DNA of 64,000 bases from the IMG/VR virus record IMGVR_UViG_3300024507_000366; one strand, written 5' to 3'. The position numbers were made by a program, and so were the translations under genes. How positions within the stretch are numbered: position 1 is the stretch's first letter; each line of letters opens with the position of its first letter. Below, in pieces: positions 1 through 9,847 of the stretch. Below the pieces are notes generated by a model. It had not been told where the DNA came from. It saw only the letters and a list, made by a program, of their open reading frames with translations, and made no database searches. The DNA is from an uncultured virus (IMG/VR IMGVR_UViG_3300024507_000366). Its lineage: Duplodnaviria > Heunggongvirae > Uroviricota > Caudoviricetes.

Positions 1-56
1 GGGGGAAAGAAGGGGGAAGGGAGAAAGGGTTAAGGGGGAGGGAAAACCAAAATCGG

Positions 57-62
57 GTGTAA
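57..62 (+). promoter_or_regulatory. GTGTAA motif, candidate phage late promoter
   Basis: GGTGTAAA 8 nt before ATG 71; same motif recurs before at least 8 other starts. Confidence 0.65.
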
Positions 63-70
63 AATTTTAG

Positions 71-745
71 ATGAGAAATCGGGCCAAAAACCTCTACTTT
101 TTCCTCGCAGGACTGCTGCTTGGACTAGGTTCTATTTTTTTATCCCGAACCGCCGAGAAGTTCTATCATAAGTATAACCCAATCAACGAGTCACAACCGA
201 TTCGCAGATTTGGCCGAAACAATATTAATTCGTGGTTTCAAGATGGGCTTTTATTTTTAAAAACCTCGCCCAAAACTGAAAGTATTAGCAAATCTTATGA
301 TACGACATACGTCAGAGAAAGCCTTCTTAAGGCTGGACTAGGCACAAATGTTGATGTCATCTTCCGCGATAAACATTACAGCTTTGCCAGTCTTTCTTGG
401 TTTAACAAATATGTAACGTGGTGGATCACGATGATCATCGATCACGATGTCTACTTTGTCGCAAACTCTTTTGATTGTGATAATTTTAGCGATTTTTTTA
501 TGGTCGCTTACAGTTTTTCAAATTATAACCTCAACAGTGACTTGACATCTCAATTGGCCTGTGGCACAGTGATAGTCGAGCAGTTGGAGGAATACGCCGG
601 AATTCAGTATGGAGAAGGCATATGGCACTCCCTGAATATTGTTTGGCTTGACAGAGACTGGTTCGTAATAGAACCGCAAAACGGAGCCTATATAAGTTTA
701 GGGTCTTACCCCAATAAAAATAACATAAAGGCGATCATCTTTTAG
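71..745 (+). CDS. Membrane-anchored papain/transglutaminase-like Cys-His-Glu protein (agglutinin C-terminal-like)
   Basis: N-terminal hydrophobic helix; FDCDNF...ACG...HSLN...IEPQNG motif order. Confidence 0.55.
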   Translation: MRNRAKNLYFFLAGLLLGLGSIFLSRTAEKFYHKYNPINESQPIRRFGRNNINSWFQDGLLFLKTSPKTESISKSYDTTYVRESLLKAGLGTNVDVIFRDKHYSFASLSWFNKYVTWWITMIIDHDVYFVANSFDCDNFSDFFMVAYSFSNYNLNSDLTSQLACGTVIVEQLEEYAGIQYGEGIWHSLNIVWLDRDWFVIEPQNGAYISLGSYPNKNNIKAIIF

Positions 746-750
746 TGTAA
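745..750 (+). promoter_or_regulatory. GTGTAA motif, candidate late promoter
   Basis: AGTGTAAA 11 nt before ATG 762. Confidence 0.65.
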
Positions 751-761
751 AACTATTTATT

Positions 762-1514
762 ATGGAACTGGACTTTTCAAAGCAAATTTCGGAAGCTGGC
801 AAAACCGGATTGTGGGAAAACATTAGAAAAAAGAAAAAAAGAATGGGCAAAAACTACCGCCCGGCAAAACCCGGTTCTCCAGACCGCCCAAGCAAAGAAG
901 CTTGGCAGAAAGCACAGGCCGCTATTGAGTTAACCTATACAGAGGCCGAGAAGAAGACCCTTAATAAACCTTTCCGTTTACCTTCCGGTTCCAAAAAGAA
1001 GTTTGGTGTTTACGTTAAGAATCCAAAAGGCAATGTTGTAATGGTTAAATTTGGCGACCCCAATATGGAGATCAAGCGCGACGATCCAGATCGCCGCAAG
1101 AACTTCCGTGCCCGCCATCAGTGCGACTCCAACCCCGGTCCTAAGTGGAAGGCGCGCTACTGGTCTTGCAGAATGTGGGAGGGCGGCAAGTCTGTAACCC
1201 AAGTTACCAAAGGCTCGCTTGAAGAAGACCTGTACGAACAGCAAACGCTAATGCAGGAAAATCCAGAGCTTAATAACGTAGAGGAAGTCGAGGAGCCAGA
1301 GGAAGAGGGAATGGATTATGCCAAAGATGCAGCCGAAATGGCGTATTCAAATCTTATGGCGATTAAGAGAAACGTTGCCCTGATTGAGGCTTTAGCCAAT
1401 TCTTCTGAAGAGGTTAAGATGGAGCTTGGTGAATCTTGGCTTAGCGGAAAGCTTGTTATTTGCGACGATTATCTAAATGCAGTAGCTAAGTATTTAAGTT
1501 CAGAACAAGAATAA
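762..1514 (+). CDS. Multi-domain basic phage protein, probably virion-internal/DNA-binding
   Basis: GLWENIRKKK and KFGDPNM...RRKNFRARHQC...ARYWSC modules typical of large-phage proteins; acidic C-terminus. Confidence 0.55.
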   Translation: MELDFSKQISEAGKTGLWENIRKKKKRMGKNYRPAKPGSPDRPSKEAWQKAQAAIELTYTEAEKKTLNKPFRLPSGSKKKFGVYVKNPKGNVVMVKFGDPNMEIKRDDPDRRKNFRARHQCDSNPGPKWKARYWSCRMWEGGKSVTQVTKGSLEEDLYEQQTLMQENPELNNVEEVEEPEEEGMDYAKDAAEMAYSNLMAIKRNVALIEALANSSEEVKMELGESWLSGKLVICDDYLNAVAKYLSSEQE

Positions 1515-1535
1515 GCCAAAAGATATAGAAAATAT

Positions 1536-1575
1536 AGACCCGCCTTCTAAGATCTAGAAAGCGGGTTTATTATTT
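1536..1575 (+). terminator. Intrinsic terminator-like hairpin
   Basis: AGACCCGC-CTTCTA...TAGAAA-GCGGGTTT followed by T-rich tail. Confidence 0.6.
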
Positions 1576-2223
1576 ATGGCAGAAATAACCAGAGACGATC
1601 TTTTGGGTCGATCAATAATCGAATTTGTTCAAAAGTTTAAAATACAAAAAGTATTAGAAATTGGATCTTGGGATGGGACTGGGTCAACCTCTTGCTTCAT
1701 CGAAGCAATGCTTCCTTTCGACGATAAGTCCCTTTCCTGTTTGGAAATTAATAAAGATAGGTTTGTTGATCTAGTTAAAAATACAAAAAAACACGAATGG
1801 ATAAAGTGCTACAATGAATCGTCTATATCCTACAAATCTTTACTTTATAAGGATTTTGATAATATATGGCATTCACCATTCAACGGACTGCCTAGAGAAT
1901 ACAACCCAAAACACATAGTAAAAGGCTGGTTTGAAGACGATGTTGTCAAACTTAAGCAAGTAGATGCGGGCTTTCTGGAAAGAGATAATTCGTTTTTTGA
2001 CGGTGTCCTAATAGACGGAAGCGAGTTTACTGGTTTAAGTGAGTTTGAGTTATTGAAGAATAGGGTTAATTATCTTTTCTTGGATGATGTTTTTCACGCA
2101 TTCAAGACGAGAGAGGTTGCAGATATTTTGCTTAGGGATTCTGGCTGGGAATGCCTTGGATATAGCCAGAACACAAGAAATGGCTTTATGGTATTCAAGA
2201 GAAAAAATCTCATCAATGGATAA
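1576..2223 (+). CDS. Class I SAM-dependent methyltransferase
   Basis: VLEIGSWDGTGST motif I, FDGVLIDG, LFLDD. Confidence 0.7.
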   Translation: MAEITRDDLLGRSIIEFVQKFKIQKVLEIGSWDGTGSTSCFIEAMLPFDDKSLSCLEINKDRFVDLVKNTKKHEWIKCYNESSISYKSLLYKDFDNIWHSPFNGLPREYNPKHIVKGWFEDDVVKLKQVDAGFLERDNSFFDGVLIDGSEFTGLSEFELLKNRVNYLFLDDVFHAFKTREVADILLRDSGWECLGYSQNTRNGFMVFKRKNLING

Positions 2224-3163
2224 TCCAAAGGATATTTTAACAAAGTTTTATTCTTCAAAAAAATGCACTAGGCCGATATTAAAAGATCTTGATAAGATAA
2301 AAGAATCTAATGAGTTAAATTTAACAACTTTAAATATTGGACTTGGAGATGCAATTATTTTATCGTCTCTTACAAAAGACACTAGAAAAAAGTTAGATAT
2401 TTATTCTTTAAATAGGCACTGGCAAACTTTGTGCAAATTTAATAATAAACTAAATCCATCAGTACAAGAGGCAAAGAACAGGATTAGAGTAGAGATCCTG
2501 CACTTTTTTGATTGCGGAAATGGACATCTGTATCAAAAAACACAAAGGGCTCTTGGCTTAGAAGTCGATACATTGCCTAAAGGATATCTAACTCCGACAG
2601 TAAAAACCTCTATTAGAAAAAATAGAATTGCTATTAATTTTTCTACTGGACCAAGCGGCCTAGATCTGTTATCTGTTGGATTTAAAAACCCAAGAAGACT
2701 AGAAGATAATGCCAAACTTGAAATTGAAAAATTTATCAAAAATTCAAATTATAGTTTTGTAGAAATAGGGACTGAAAGAATGTTCGACTTTGATAATGTT
2801 GAAGACTTCACAAACAGATCCGTTGAAGATTCACTGAATGAACTAAGCTCATGTGAATTTTTTATAGGGCTTAATAGTGGCTTTATGAACGCAGCATCAT
2901 GTTTTGATATTAAGTCAATTATCATTGTGAATGTGCCAAGAATAGAAGATCTTTATCTACCGATAATTGTTGACTTCTACGATGACGAAACAAGAGCCGC
3001 GCAAGATCTTGAATGGCTGTTTCCGCAGAATGTGCATCTGCATCAAAATGGTGAAAATGAATTGGTTCCAATCGTATCAGAAGAAAATTTAAAAAAAGCA
3101 ATTAATGGCGAGGTATATCCTTATTGGAAATTTGATTTTCTTGATCTAATATTTACAACATGA
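2216..3163 (+). CDS. Glycosyltransferase, GT9 (heptosyltransferase)-like
   Basis: GLGDAII N-motif; FIGLNSGFMNAA C-motif; start moved to ATG 2216, overlapping previous gene end. Confidence 0.65.
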   Translation: MDNPKDILTKFYSSKKCTRPILKDLDKIKESNELNLTTLNIGLGDAIILSSLTKDTRKKLDIYSLNRHWQTLCKFNNKLNPSVQEAKNRIRVEILHFFDCGNGHLYQKTQRALGLEVDTLPKGYLTPTVKTSIRKNRIAINFSTGPSGLDLLSVGFKNPRRLEDNAKLEIEKFIKNSNYSFVEIGTERMFDFDNVEDFTNRSVEDSLNELSSCEFFIGLNSGFMNAASCFDIKSIIIVNVPRIEDLYLPIIVDFYDDETRAAQDLEWLFPQNVHLHQNGENELVPIVSEENLKKAINGEVYPYWKFDFLDLIFTT

Positions 3164-4302
3164 ACTGGCCGCTAAATGTAGACAACTTTACATTCGTTGA
3201 TAGATTAAAAATTTGCTCCTTTATTCTTAATAAGAAGAACAGGTGGACGCAAGGGAATCTTATCTATCAGTTTGAACTAGCTATGGCGGATTTTGTTGAC
3301 AGTAAGTACGCAGTATACTGTTCAAGCGGCTCAACTGCGAACACGATGATTGCGATGTATCTTGCTGACAAAGAGAAAGATAAGAATATCGTAGTTTTTC
3401 CATCTACAACTTGGGCCACATCAGTTGGACCATTTATTAGAGAAGGATTTTTACCAAAATTTATTGACGTATCCCTTGAGGATCTTTGCTTTAACTATGA
3501 TCTGCTTGAGGACTTTGTATCAAAAAACAAAGATAATATTGCTGCAATCTTTCCGACAAGCCTGCTAGGATTTGTTCCAGATATCCCTAGATTAAAGAAA
3601 ATAGCTCAAACTTATGGAGTAAGGCTAATGTTTGATAATTGCGAAAATACATTTGGGACTTATGATGGCAAAAACGTATCATCTTTTGTTACCTCCACTA
3701 CAAGTACTTATTTCGGCCACCATCTTCAAAGCATAGAAGGCGGATTTGTATTCACAAATGATGTAGATGAATACGAATATTTCCTTATGCTTAGAAATCA
3801 CGGGATGACAAGATCCGTAACAAATAATGCACGGTACGCCAATTTAGATGTTGATCCAAGATTTGATTTTTATTGCGTAGGGAATAATTTTCGAAACTCA
3901 GAAGTCCATGCGATGACTGGCCTTCTTGATCTCAAAAAAGCAGACAAACATATAGAAACGAGACGCAGGCTTTACTCTTTATTTGACACATATCTTTCTG
4001 ATCTTTATTATCTGCCGCCATTTGATGAAAAGAAGGAACATGTGGCTTTTGCCCTGCCAATCATACCGCTTAAGCAGGAAAGCAAGCAGCTCGCAATTAA
4101 TTATTGCAATTCAAAGGGCATTGAAACAAGACCTATTATTTCTGGCAATCTGCTTAGACAAACTTGTTTTAAGCAGTTTGGCAACTACGCCGATTATCCA
4201 AATAGCGAGTTCCTGCATCACAATGGGTTCTATGTTGGTCTCCATACTAAACTCAAAGACTCTGACGTAAGAAATTTAGCCAAAGATCTCAACACTATTT
4301 AA
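3160..4302 (+). CDS. DegT/DnrJ-family PLP enzyme, His-type (ColD-like 3-dehydratase)
   Basis: SSGSTAN, DNCE, STYFGHHLQSIEGG (His at the usual Lys position), GIETRPI. Confidence 0.8.
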   Translation: MNWPLNVDNFTFVDRLKICSFILNKKNRWTQGNLIYQFELAMADFVDSKYAVYCSSGSTANTMIAMYLADKEKDKNIVVFPSTTWATSVGPFIREGFLPKFIDVSLEDLCFNYDLLEDFVSKNKDNIAAIFPTSLLGFVPDIPRLKKIAQTYGVRLMFDNCENTFGTYDGKNVSSFVTSTTSTYFGHHLQSIEGGFVFTNDVDEYEYFLMLRNHGMTRSVTNNARYANLDVDPRFDFYCVGNNFRNSEVHAMTGLLDLKKADKHIETRRRLYSLFDTYLSDLYYLPPFDEKKEHVAFALPIIPLKQESKQLAINYCNSKGIETRPIISGNLLRQTCFKQFGNYADYPNSEFLHHNGFYVGLHTKLKDSDVRNLAKDLNTI

Positions 4303-4303
4303 A

Positions 4304-4660
4304 ATGTCAACCGAAAGAATAAATAAAATTAGCGAGCTTCTTCTAGAGGAGATCTCGGAACGGTTTGACAAAGAGCCGATCCACTCTTCTGATATCGAGT
4401 TTAGTGAAAGCTTCGCTGAAATCATGGATCGCTTTATTGTTCTGCACATTAGAATGTGGAAGCTGGAAGATGCGATTGCCGATGCAAAGACGGACGCCGA
4501 AGTCGCAGACTTGAAAAGGAAAGTCGATTACTGTTTCAAAGATCGCCGCCCGAAGTTAACAAAGGCAATTAATTCATATCTTGACGTTTATGTTAACAAG
4601 AATAACGTCAAAAAGTTTTCAGAAGAAAACGTTAAACTTTATAAAGGATTTAAAAATTAA
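4304..4660 (+). CDS. DUF4254-like small helical protein
   Basis: ESFAEIMDRFIVLHIRMWKLED pattern; located in glycan cluster. Confidence 0.45.
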   Translation: MSTERINKISELLLEEISERFDKEPIHSSDIEFSESFAEIMDRFIVLHIRMWKLEDAIADAKTDAEVADLKRKVDYCFKDRRPKLTKAINSYLDVYVNKNNVKKFSEENVKLYKGFKN

Positions 4661-5688
4661 TGAAAAAAGTAATCATTACAGGAGTTACTGGTCAGGATGG
4701 TAGTCATATGGCAGATTACCTTTTAACTAACACTGATGTTCAAATTTTTGGTGCAGTTCGTCGTCTTAGTGTTTCCAACCATAAAAATATTAGCCATATT
4801 TCCGATCCAAGATTCAAGCTTATCGACCTTGATATTGGTGACCCAGAAAGCGTAAATAACGCGATATTCAAATACAAGCCGGATTATTTTATTAATTTAG
4901 CGGCAAACTCCTTTGTAGGGACAAGTTGGGAAATGCCAGTCAACCATATGCAAACCAACTGTATGGGAGTGCTTTATCAACTTGAGGCAATTAGAAAGTT
5001 TGTTCCAAACTGTCGCTACTACAACGCAGGCTCCTCAGAGGAATTTGGAGATGTTACCTTTAGCCCCCAAACAGAATTTCATCCACTTAGACCCAGAAGT
5101 CCATACGGAGCATCAAAAGCTGCCGCAAGACAAGTTGTAAAAGTATGGAGAGACTCTTACAATCTTTATGCAGTTCAAGGCTGGCTTTTTAATCACGAAG
5201 GAACTCGCAGAGGCTCAGAGTTTGTCACTAGAAAGATCACCAAGGGAGTTGCAAAAATTAAAAAGGCAATAGACTCAAATAACTTTATTGAGGCTATAAA
5301 GCTAGGCAATCTTGAGTCAAAGCGCGATTGGAGTGATGCTGAAGACTTTGTTCATGGTATTTGGCTGATGCTTAATCAGGAAAAGCCAAAGGACTATGTG
5401 CTTTCTTCTGACGAAACTCATACTGTTAGAGAATTTGTAGAACTGTCTTTTGCTGCGGCTGGTATCGAAGGTCAATGGCTCGGCAACCGAGGAACCATCG
5501 AAGAAGTCTTTATAAATAAGGAAAGCAGACTTCCTATGGTAATGATCGATCCAAAGTTCTTCCGCCCAGCTGAAGTCGAACTGCTTCTTGGCGATTCTAC
5601 AATGGCCAGAAGTGAGCTTGGCTGGCGACCCAAGACAAGCTTCTTCCAGCTTGTTAAAAAGATGACGCTCAACGACCTTGCTCAATGA
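4660..5688 (+). CDS. gmd: GDP-mannose 4,6-dehydratase
   Basis: ITGVTGQDGS, PRSPYGASK, LFNHE, FVTRKIT, RDW, FRPAEVELLLGD. Confidence 0.95.
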   Translation: MKKVIITGVTGQDGSHMADYLLTNTDVQIFGAVRRLSVSNHKNISHISDPRFKLIDLDIGDPESVNNAIFKYKPDYFINLAANSFVGTSWEMPVNHMQTNCMGVLYQLEAIRKFVPNCRYYNAGSSEEFGDVTFSPQTEFHPLRPRSPYGASKAAARQVVKVWRDSYNLYAVQGWLFNHEGTRRGSEFVTRKITKGVAKIKKAIDSNNFIEAIKLGNLESKRDWSDAEDFVHGIWLMLNQEKPKDYVLSSDETHTVREFVELSFAAAGIEGQWLGNRGTIEEVFINKESRLPMVMIDPKFFRPAEVELLLGDSTMARSELGWRPKTSFFQLVKKMTLNDLAQ

Positions 5689-6635
5689 ACCATATCCTAG
5701 CTTATTGCGTACTGAATGAATTTCATCCATCAAGATTAAATATCTCAAGAGATTTAAACAGCGTAAATCTTTTTAGAAACGAAGCTCACTGCTCCATCTC
5801 TAGGGATGGAGTTCGTGTTTTAAGAAAGTCAAATTGGATCGACGAGATACGACTTAATTTCTTTATCCAATTTACAGACGCAACCATTAGAAGCTATAAT
5901 TTGTGCGATCTTGATTTTGAAGCCATTGTAAACTTTAACGATGGTCCGCAGAACGACTCAAAGGAAACAAGGCTGTGCTTTGCGCGTCCAAGAAACAGTC
6001 CACACATCTGCATTCCAGATTCTCATTTGTCGCGAACAGCTAGCATCTGTAGCCAAATAGAGAGCGTGGATATTCCATTTGAAGAAAAAATGGATAAAGC
6101 GATTTTTTGCGGGTCAGATACTGGCGCAAAGCACAATGGTTCAGTGCAAAGAATTGATCTTTGCAGAAAGTACAGATACAGCCAACTAGTAGACGCTAAG
6201 ATTACAAACTTTGTCGAATTTCCCTTTGAGGATGGCATCGCTGGAGCTTATATCAGTATTGCTGATCAATTAAAATATAAATATATTTTAAATGTCAATG
6301 GCAACACCACATCTTGGGAGAGGCTAATCTGGGCAATGAAATCAAATTCTATTTGTATTTATGTTCGCCCTCCGTCGTATCAAGATGAGATTTCTTGGTA
6401 CTATCATATGTTTGATGTCATTCAGGGCGTAATTTATGTTGATCAAGACTGTATCGAACACTTTATGGCACAGATGGGAAATGATAAAAATTACATTCAA
6501 TCAATTAAAAATTGTCAAAAATATCTAGCAAATGCTCTTGACAAACCAGACGTTCATGCCGCATACTTCTCCGCAATCCTAAAAGCTTATAACAGTTATT
6601 ACAATGGAGGCGGCGATGTTCAAAAACTCAGTTAA
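5685..6635 (+). CDS. Glycosyltransferase family 90 (CAP10-like)
   Basis: KAIFCGSDTG, DQLKYKYILNVNGNTTSWERL...SNS. Confidence 0.7.
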   Translation: MNHILAYCVLNEFHPSRLNISRDLNSVNLFRNEAHCSISRDGVRVLRKSNWIDEIRLNFFIQFTDATIRSYNLCDLDFEAIVNFNDGPQNDSKETRLCFARPRNSPHICIPDSHLSRTASICSQIESVDIPFEEKMDKAIFCGSDTGAKHNGSVQRIDLCRKYRYSQLVDAKITNFVEFPFEDGIAGAYISIADQLKYKYILNVNGNTTSWERLIWAMKSNSICIYVRPPSYQDEISWYYHMFDVIQGVIYVDQDCIEHFMAQMGNDKNYIQSIKNCQKYLANALDKPDVHAAYFSAILKAYNSYYNGGGDVQKLS

Positions 6636-7239
6636 CTTAATCGGTATCTATGGCGACGATCTTACTCACGCTTGTTCTGCTTGGACTTCAACCAGTCGTG
6701 ACATCAATGAAGAAAAGAAGGGCAGAGTGGGCGATCTACTCAAGATGCTGGCTGAAAATGGACACCACACTCCCTTTGAAAAATCCTCCCTGCATTTTCT
6801 AATAAAGACAGACATAGCCTCTCATATTCATCTAATCAAGCATAGAGTTGGCGTATCGGTAAACGGAGAATCTGCAAGATACAAGGAGATCAAAGAGGAT
6901 GACTATCTTGTTCCGCAAGATTGGCCAGATACTTGGAAGGAGATCCTCTCTACCCATACCGAAAGAGGAATGGATCTGTATCACAAGTGTATCGAAGACC
7001 TAGTTAAGAACTATGGCTTCACCAGAAAGCGCGCAAAGGAGTCAGCTAGATTCTTCCGTGGGTATAATACCCAGATTACAAGCGATGTAATGTTTAATTG
7101 GCGCTCGTTTTATCACTTCTTAAACCTTCGTAATAAGCAAGATGCACAAGTAGAGATTCGCAATATTGCATCAGAGATGCTTGAACTTGTAAAAGAAACC
7201 AACAAGTTCCCACTTACAATACAAGCTTTTAAGCTTTAA
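6616..7239 (+). CDS. thyX: Flavin-dependent thymidylate synthase
   Basis: GHHTPFE, KHRVGVSVNGESARY, FNWRSFYHFLNLR, AQVEIR. Confidence 0.93.
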   Translation: MFKNSVNLIGIYGDDLTHACSAWTSTSRDINEEKKGRVGDLLKMLAENGHHTPFEKSSLHFLIKTDIASHIHLIKHRVGVSVNGESARYKEIKEDDYLVPQDWPDTWKEILSTHTERGMDLYHKCIEDLVKNYGFTRKRAKESARFFRGYNTQITSDVMFNWRSFYHFLNLRNKQDAQVEIRNIASEMLELVKETNKFPLTIQAFKL

Positions 7240-7245
7240 GTGTAA
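7240..7245 (+). promoter_or_regulatory. GTGTAA motif, candidate late promoter
   Basis: AGTGTAAA 8 nt before GTG 7254. Confidence 0.6.
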
Positions 7246-7253
7246 ATAGTGGT

Positions 7254-7685
7254 GTGACCACTGAACTCATAAGCCTGTTTGGCGGCGCCATAACAGGCTT
7301 TATTTTTAGAATAATTGCATTAAAGGCAGAAGAAAGCAAGAATCGCTTTGATCGGATGATGAACGCAATTGATAAGCAGGACGAATCTGCTGACAAAGCA
7401 GCAAACAGAGACCCAGATTTTGGCAAGGTAATTAGACGAATGATAGTGATGTCGGTCATATTCTCTATCGTTATATCTCCGTTTGTGATGGCAATTCTTG
7501 GAATCCCAACTTATTTAGAAGTTAGTTATCAGGATGGCGGCGGGCTGTTTGGCTTTTTAGCCGATAAAACCAAGACCGCCTTTGTTGAAATTTCTGGCAA
7601 TTTAATTACCACCGAGATAAGACAGTGCCTAATCGCCATTACTGGATTTTATTTTGGTTCTGCCGCCGCAGCAAATAAGTCCTGA
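7254..7685 (+). CDS. Membrane protein, holin-like
   Basis: 2-3 hydrophobic segments; C-terminal AITGFYFGS typical of phage 3TM holin-like proteins. Confidence 0.5.
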   Translation: MTTELISLFGGAITGFIFRIIALKAEESKNRFDRMMNAIDKQDESADKAANRDPDFGKVIRRMIVMSVIFSIVISPFVMAILGIPTYLEVSYQDGGGLFGFLADKTKTAFVEISGNLITTEIRQCLIAITGFYFGSAAAANKS

Positions 7686-7690
7686 AAGGC

Positions 7691-7719
7691 TTGACAAGGT
7701 TAGGGAGATCGCTGAAGCT
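7691..7719 (+). promoter_or_regulatory. Sigma70-type promoter candidate
   Basis: TTGACA-17-GAAGCT, 5 nt before ATG 7725; -10 is weak. Confidence 0.4.
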
Positions 7720-7724
7720 GGGTT

Positions 7725-8054
7725 ATGAAGCAAAGGATTAATAGGCGAAATTATATTAATAATTTTGTCAACATTCCTAAGAATGCTGGCAAAGAATTCT
7801 GGATCAAGGAGATGGTATTATTCAAGAGACTTGAAGCCACTTATGGGATCGAGTTTCTTTCGCAATTTGTTCCACCAGAAAAGATTGCATCACTTGCGAT
7901 GTTCTTTTCTGATTATGGCAAGAAAAGGCTTGAAAGCTACAAGAACCAATTTTACTATCGTCCACAAGTTATCGAACGTCCGGTTATCTCCGAAAAAGTT
8001 GGAGATGACGTTCAAATTAAAACCAAAAAAACACTTAGAGATTTTCTACAATGA
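7725..8054 (+). CDS. Hypothetical protein
   Basis: ORF coupled (ATGA) to recA-like gene. Confidence 0.6.
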   Translation: MKQRINRRNYINNFVNIPKNAGKEFWIKEMVLFKRLEATYGIEFLSQFVPPEKIASLAMFFSDYGKKRLESYKNQFYYRPQVIERPVISEKVGDDVQIKTKKTLRDFLQ

Positions 8055-9208
8055 GCAAGAAGGCAAAAGAAGAACAGAAAGAAGATGGCATTTCATCCAA
8101 GAGTATTCTTGGCGATTTTTTAAAGTCCAACAAGGACGACCATTACAATTTCGAAGAGTCTGTAAACTACAAGGTTTCTACAGGCTCTTTGAATATGGAT
8201 ATGCAAACAGGCGGCGGTCTTGGACCAGGTCTACATCGCTTCGTAGGCTTTACCGAGGGCGGCAAGACCTCTGCGTCACTTGAGGTTATGCGGAACTTCC
8301 TCAATACCGTTCCAAGCTCAAAGGGCTTTTATATTAAAGCCGAGGGTCGCCTTTCCCCAGAGATGCAAAAGAGAAGCGGAGTAAAGTTCGTGTTTGACCC
8401 GTCCGAATGGGAGGCTGGCACCTGTTTTGTTTTTGAATCGAACATCTATGAGACCGTCGTAGACGCAATGCGAAAGCTGGTAATGTACAACGACGAAAAG
8501 AACAAGTATATGTTCATCGTTGATTCTGTTGACGGACTCATTGCGAAGAACGATCTTGATAAGACTTTTGAAGAGTCTGTAAAGGTCGCTGGTGGCGCCG
8601 TTATCGCAGCAAACCTTATGAAAAAGATTTCTATCGCGCTTACCAAGCGCGGGCATATGGCGATCTTTATCTCTCAGGTCAGAAGCGATATCAAACTGGA
8701 CCCTTACAGTTCAGCACCAATCCGCCAAACATCCGCCACTGGTGGCAATGCCCTGCTTCACTTTGCTAATTTTATCTTTGAATTTGAGCCTCGCTTTGAG
8801 GGAGATATTATCCTTAAAGACCCAAGCATAAAGAAGTCAGACCCGATAAAAAACCCAATCATCGGACACAACTGTAAGATTTATATCAAAAAAAGTCCAA
8901 ATGAGAAGAGCAAGAATAGAGTTACATATCCAATCAAGTATGGACGCAGCAATGGCAGATCCGTATGGGTTGAGAAGGAGATTGTTGATATGCTGCTTAC
9001 TTGGGAACTCGTAAGTCGTGCTGGAGCTTGGTATGCCGTATCGGAAGATCTTGCCAAAATTGCCAAGGATATCGGCATAGATATGCCTGAAAAATTTCAA
9101 GGGGAAAACGCGGTCTTTGAATTTATTGAAGCCAACGAAAAGCTGACTAAGACCCTGCACAAGTACTTCATTAATATTATCGCTGAGAACTCAGCAAATG
9201 AAGTTTAA
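8051..9208 (+). CDS. recA: RecA/UvsX-like recombinase
   Basis: STGSLNMD...GGG, Walker A GFTEGGKT, Walker B FIVDSV, FISQVR, TGGNALLHFA, AGAWY. Confidence 0.88.
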   Translation: MSKKAKEEQKEDGISSKSILGDFLKSNKDDHYNFEESVNYKVSTGSLNMDMQTGGGLGPGLHRFVGFTEGGKTSASLEVMRNFLNTVPSSKGFYIKAEGRLSPEMQKRSGVKFVFDPSEWEAGTCFVFESNIYETVVDAMRKLVMYNDEKNKYMFIVDSVDGLIAKNDLDKTFEESVKVAGGAVIAANLMKKISIALTKRGHMAIFISQVRSDIKLDPYSSAPIRQTSATGGNALLHFANFIFEFEPRFEGDIILKDPSIKKSDPIKNPIIGHNCKIYIKKSPNEKSKNRVTYPIKYGRSNGRSVWVEKEIVDMLLTWELVSRAGAWYAVSEDLAKIAKDIGIDMPEKFQGENAVFEFIEANEKLTKTLHKYFINIIAENSANEV

Positions 9209-9608
9209 GACCCTAAATGGCAAAGAGCGCTTTCTTAAAAATGCTAAAAAATACATAATTAATTGGGAAGCGAAATCCAAAAGCAACATCCAATGGAGGG
9301 TAAAGCAGTTTTTATTACCCTACTGGAAGTACGACGTTGTGTTTGAGGAGATAAGGGTTGTAGGAACCCGCCTATCTCTTGACATTTATAATGCAAATAA
9401 AAAGATAGCGATAGAGGTTCAGGGCAAGCAGCATCAAACCTACAACCCTTATTTCCACGGCAATGATCGGCGTAAGTGGTTGTCCCAGCTTAAACGTGAC
9501 GATTTAAAGTTGCAATTTTGCTTGACAAACGGCATAAAGCTGGTAGAAATCTACGAGACCGATCTCATCTGCAAAGAAACGTTCGAAAAGCAAGGAATCA
9601 TTTTATAA
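9198..9608 (+). CDS. PD-(D/E)XK very-short-patch-type endonuclease
   Basis: LSLDIY...IAIEVQGKQH...RDDLK..FC..NGIKLVEI. Confidence 0.7.
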   Translation: MKFKTLNGKERFLKNAKKYIINWEAKSKSNIQWRVKQFLLPYWKYDVVFEEIRVVGTRLSLDIYNANKKIAIEVQGKQHQTYNPYFHGNDRRKWLSQLKRDDLKLQFCLTNGIKLVEIYETDLICKETFEKQGIIL

Positions 9609-9847
9609 TGAGCCAAGAATCAAAAGATAAGGAATTTTTGTTCCCACCAGAGATGGTTGAGCAAATTTACGAACTCTCTGGAGGCGCAGAGAGTTATAAA
9701 GGCTTAATCCTATGTGTATGCACCCAGAATGGAGTGCCTCAAATCTTTACTAGATTTGATTCCGTAGTAACTTCCCTTGGTCTTAAAAAGGCGCTTGAGG
9801 AATATCTCAACTCTGAAGAGATGGATGTTAGAGACGACGAAATCTAA
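9608..9847 (+). CDS. Hypothetical protein
   Basis: ATG 9608 overlaps previous stop (TAATG); coupled to dnaB. Confidence 0.6.
   Translation: MSQESKDKEFLFPPEMVEQIYELSGGAESYKGLILCVCTQNGVPQIFTRFDSVVTSLGLKKALEEYLNSEEMDVRDDEI

Noticed and set aside
7765..8283. 172-aa overlapping plus-strand ORF
   Set aside because: It overlaps two better-supported genes, including the recA-like gene, in another frame.
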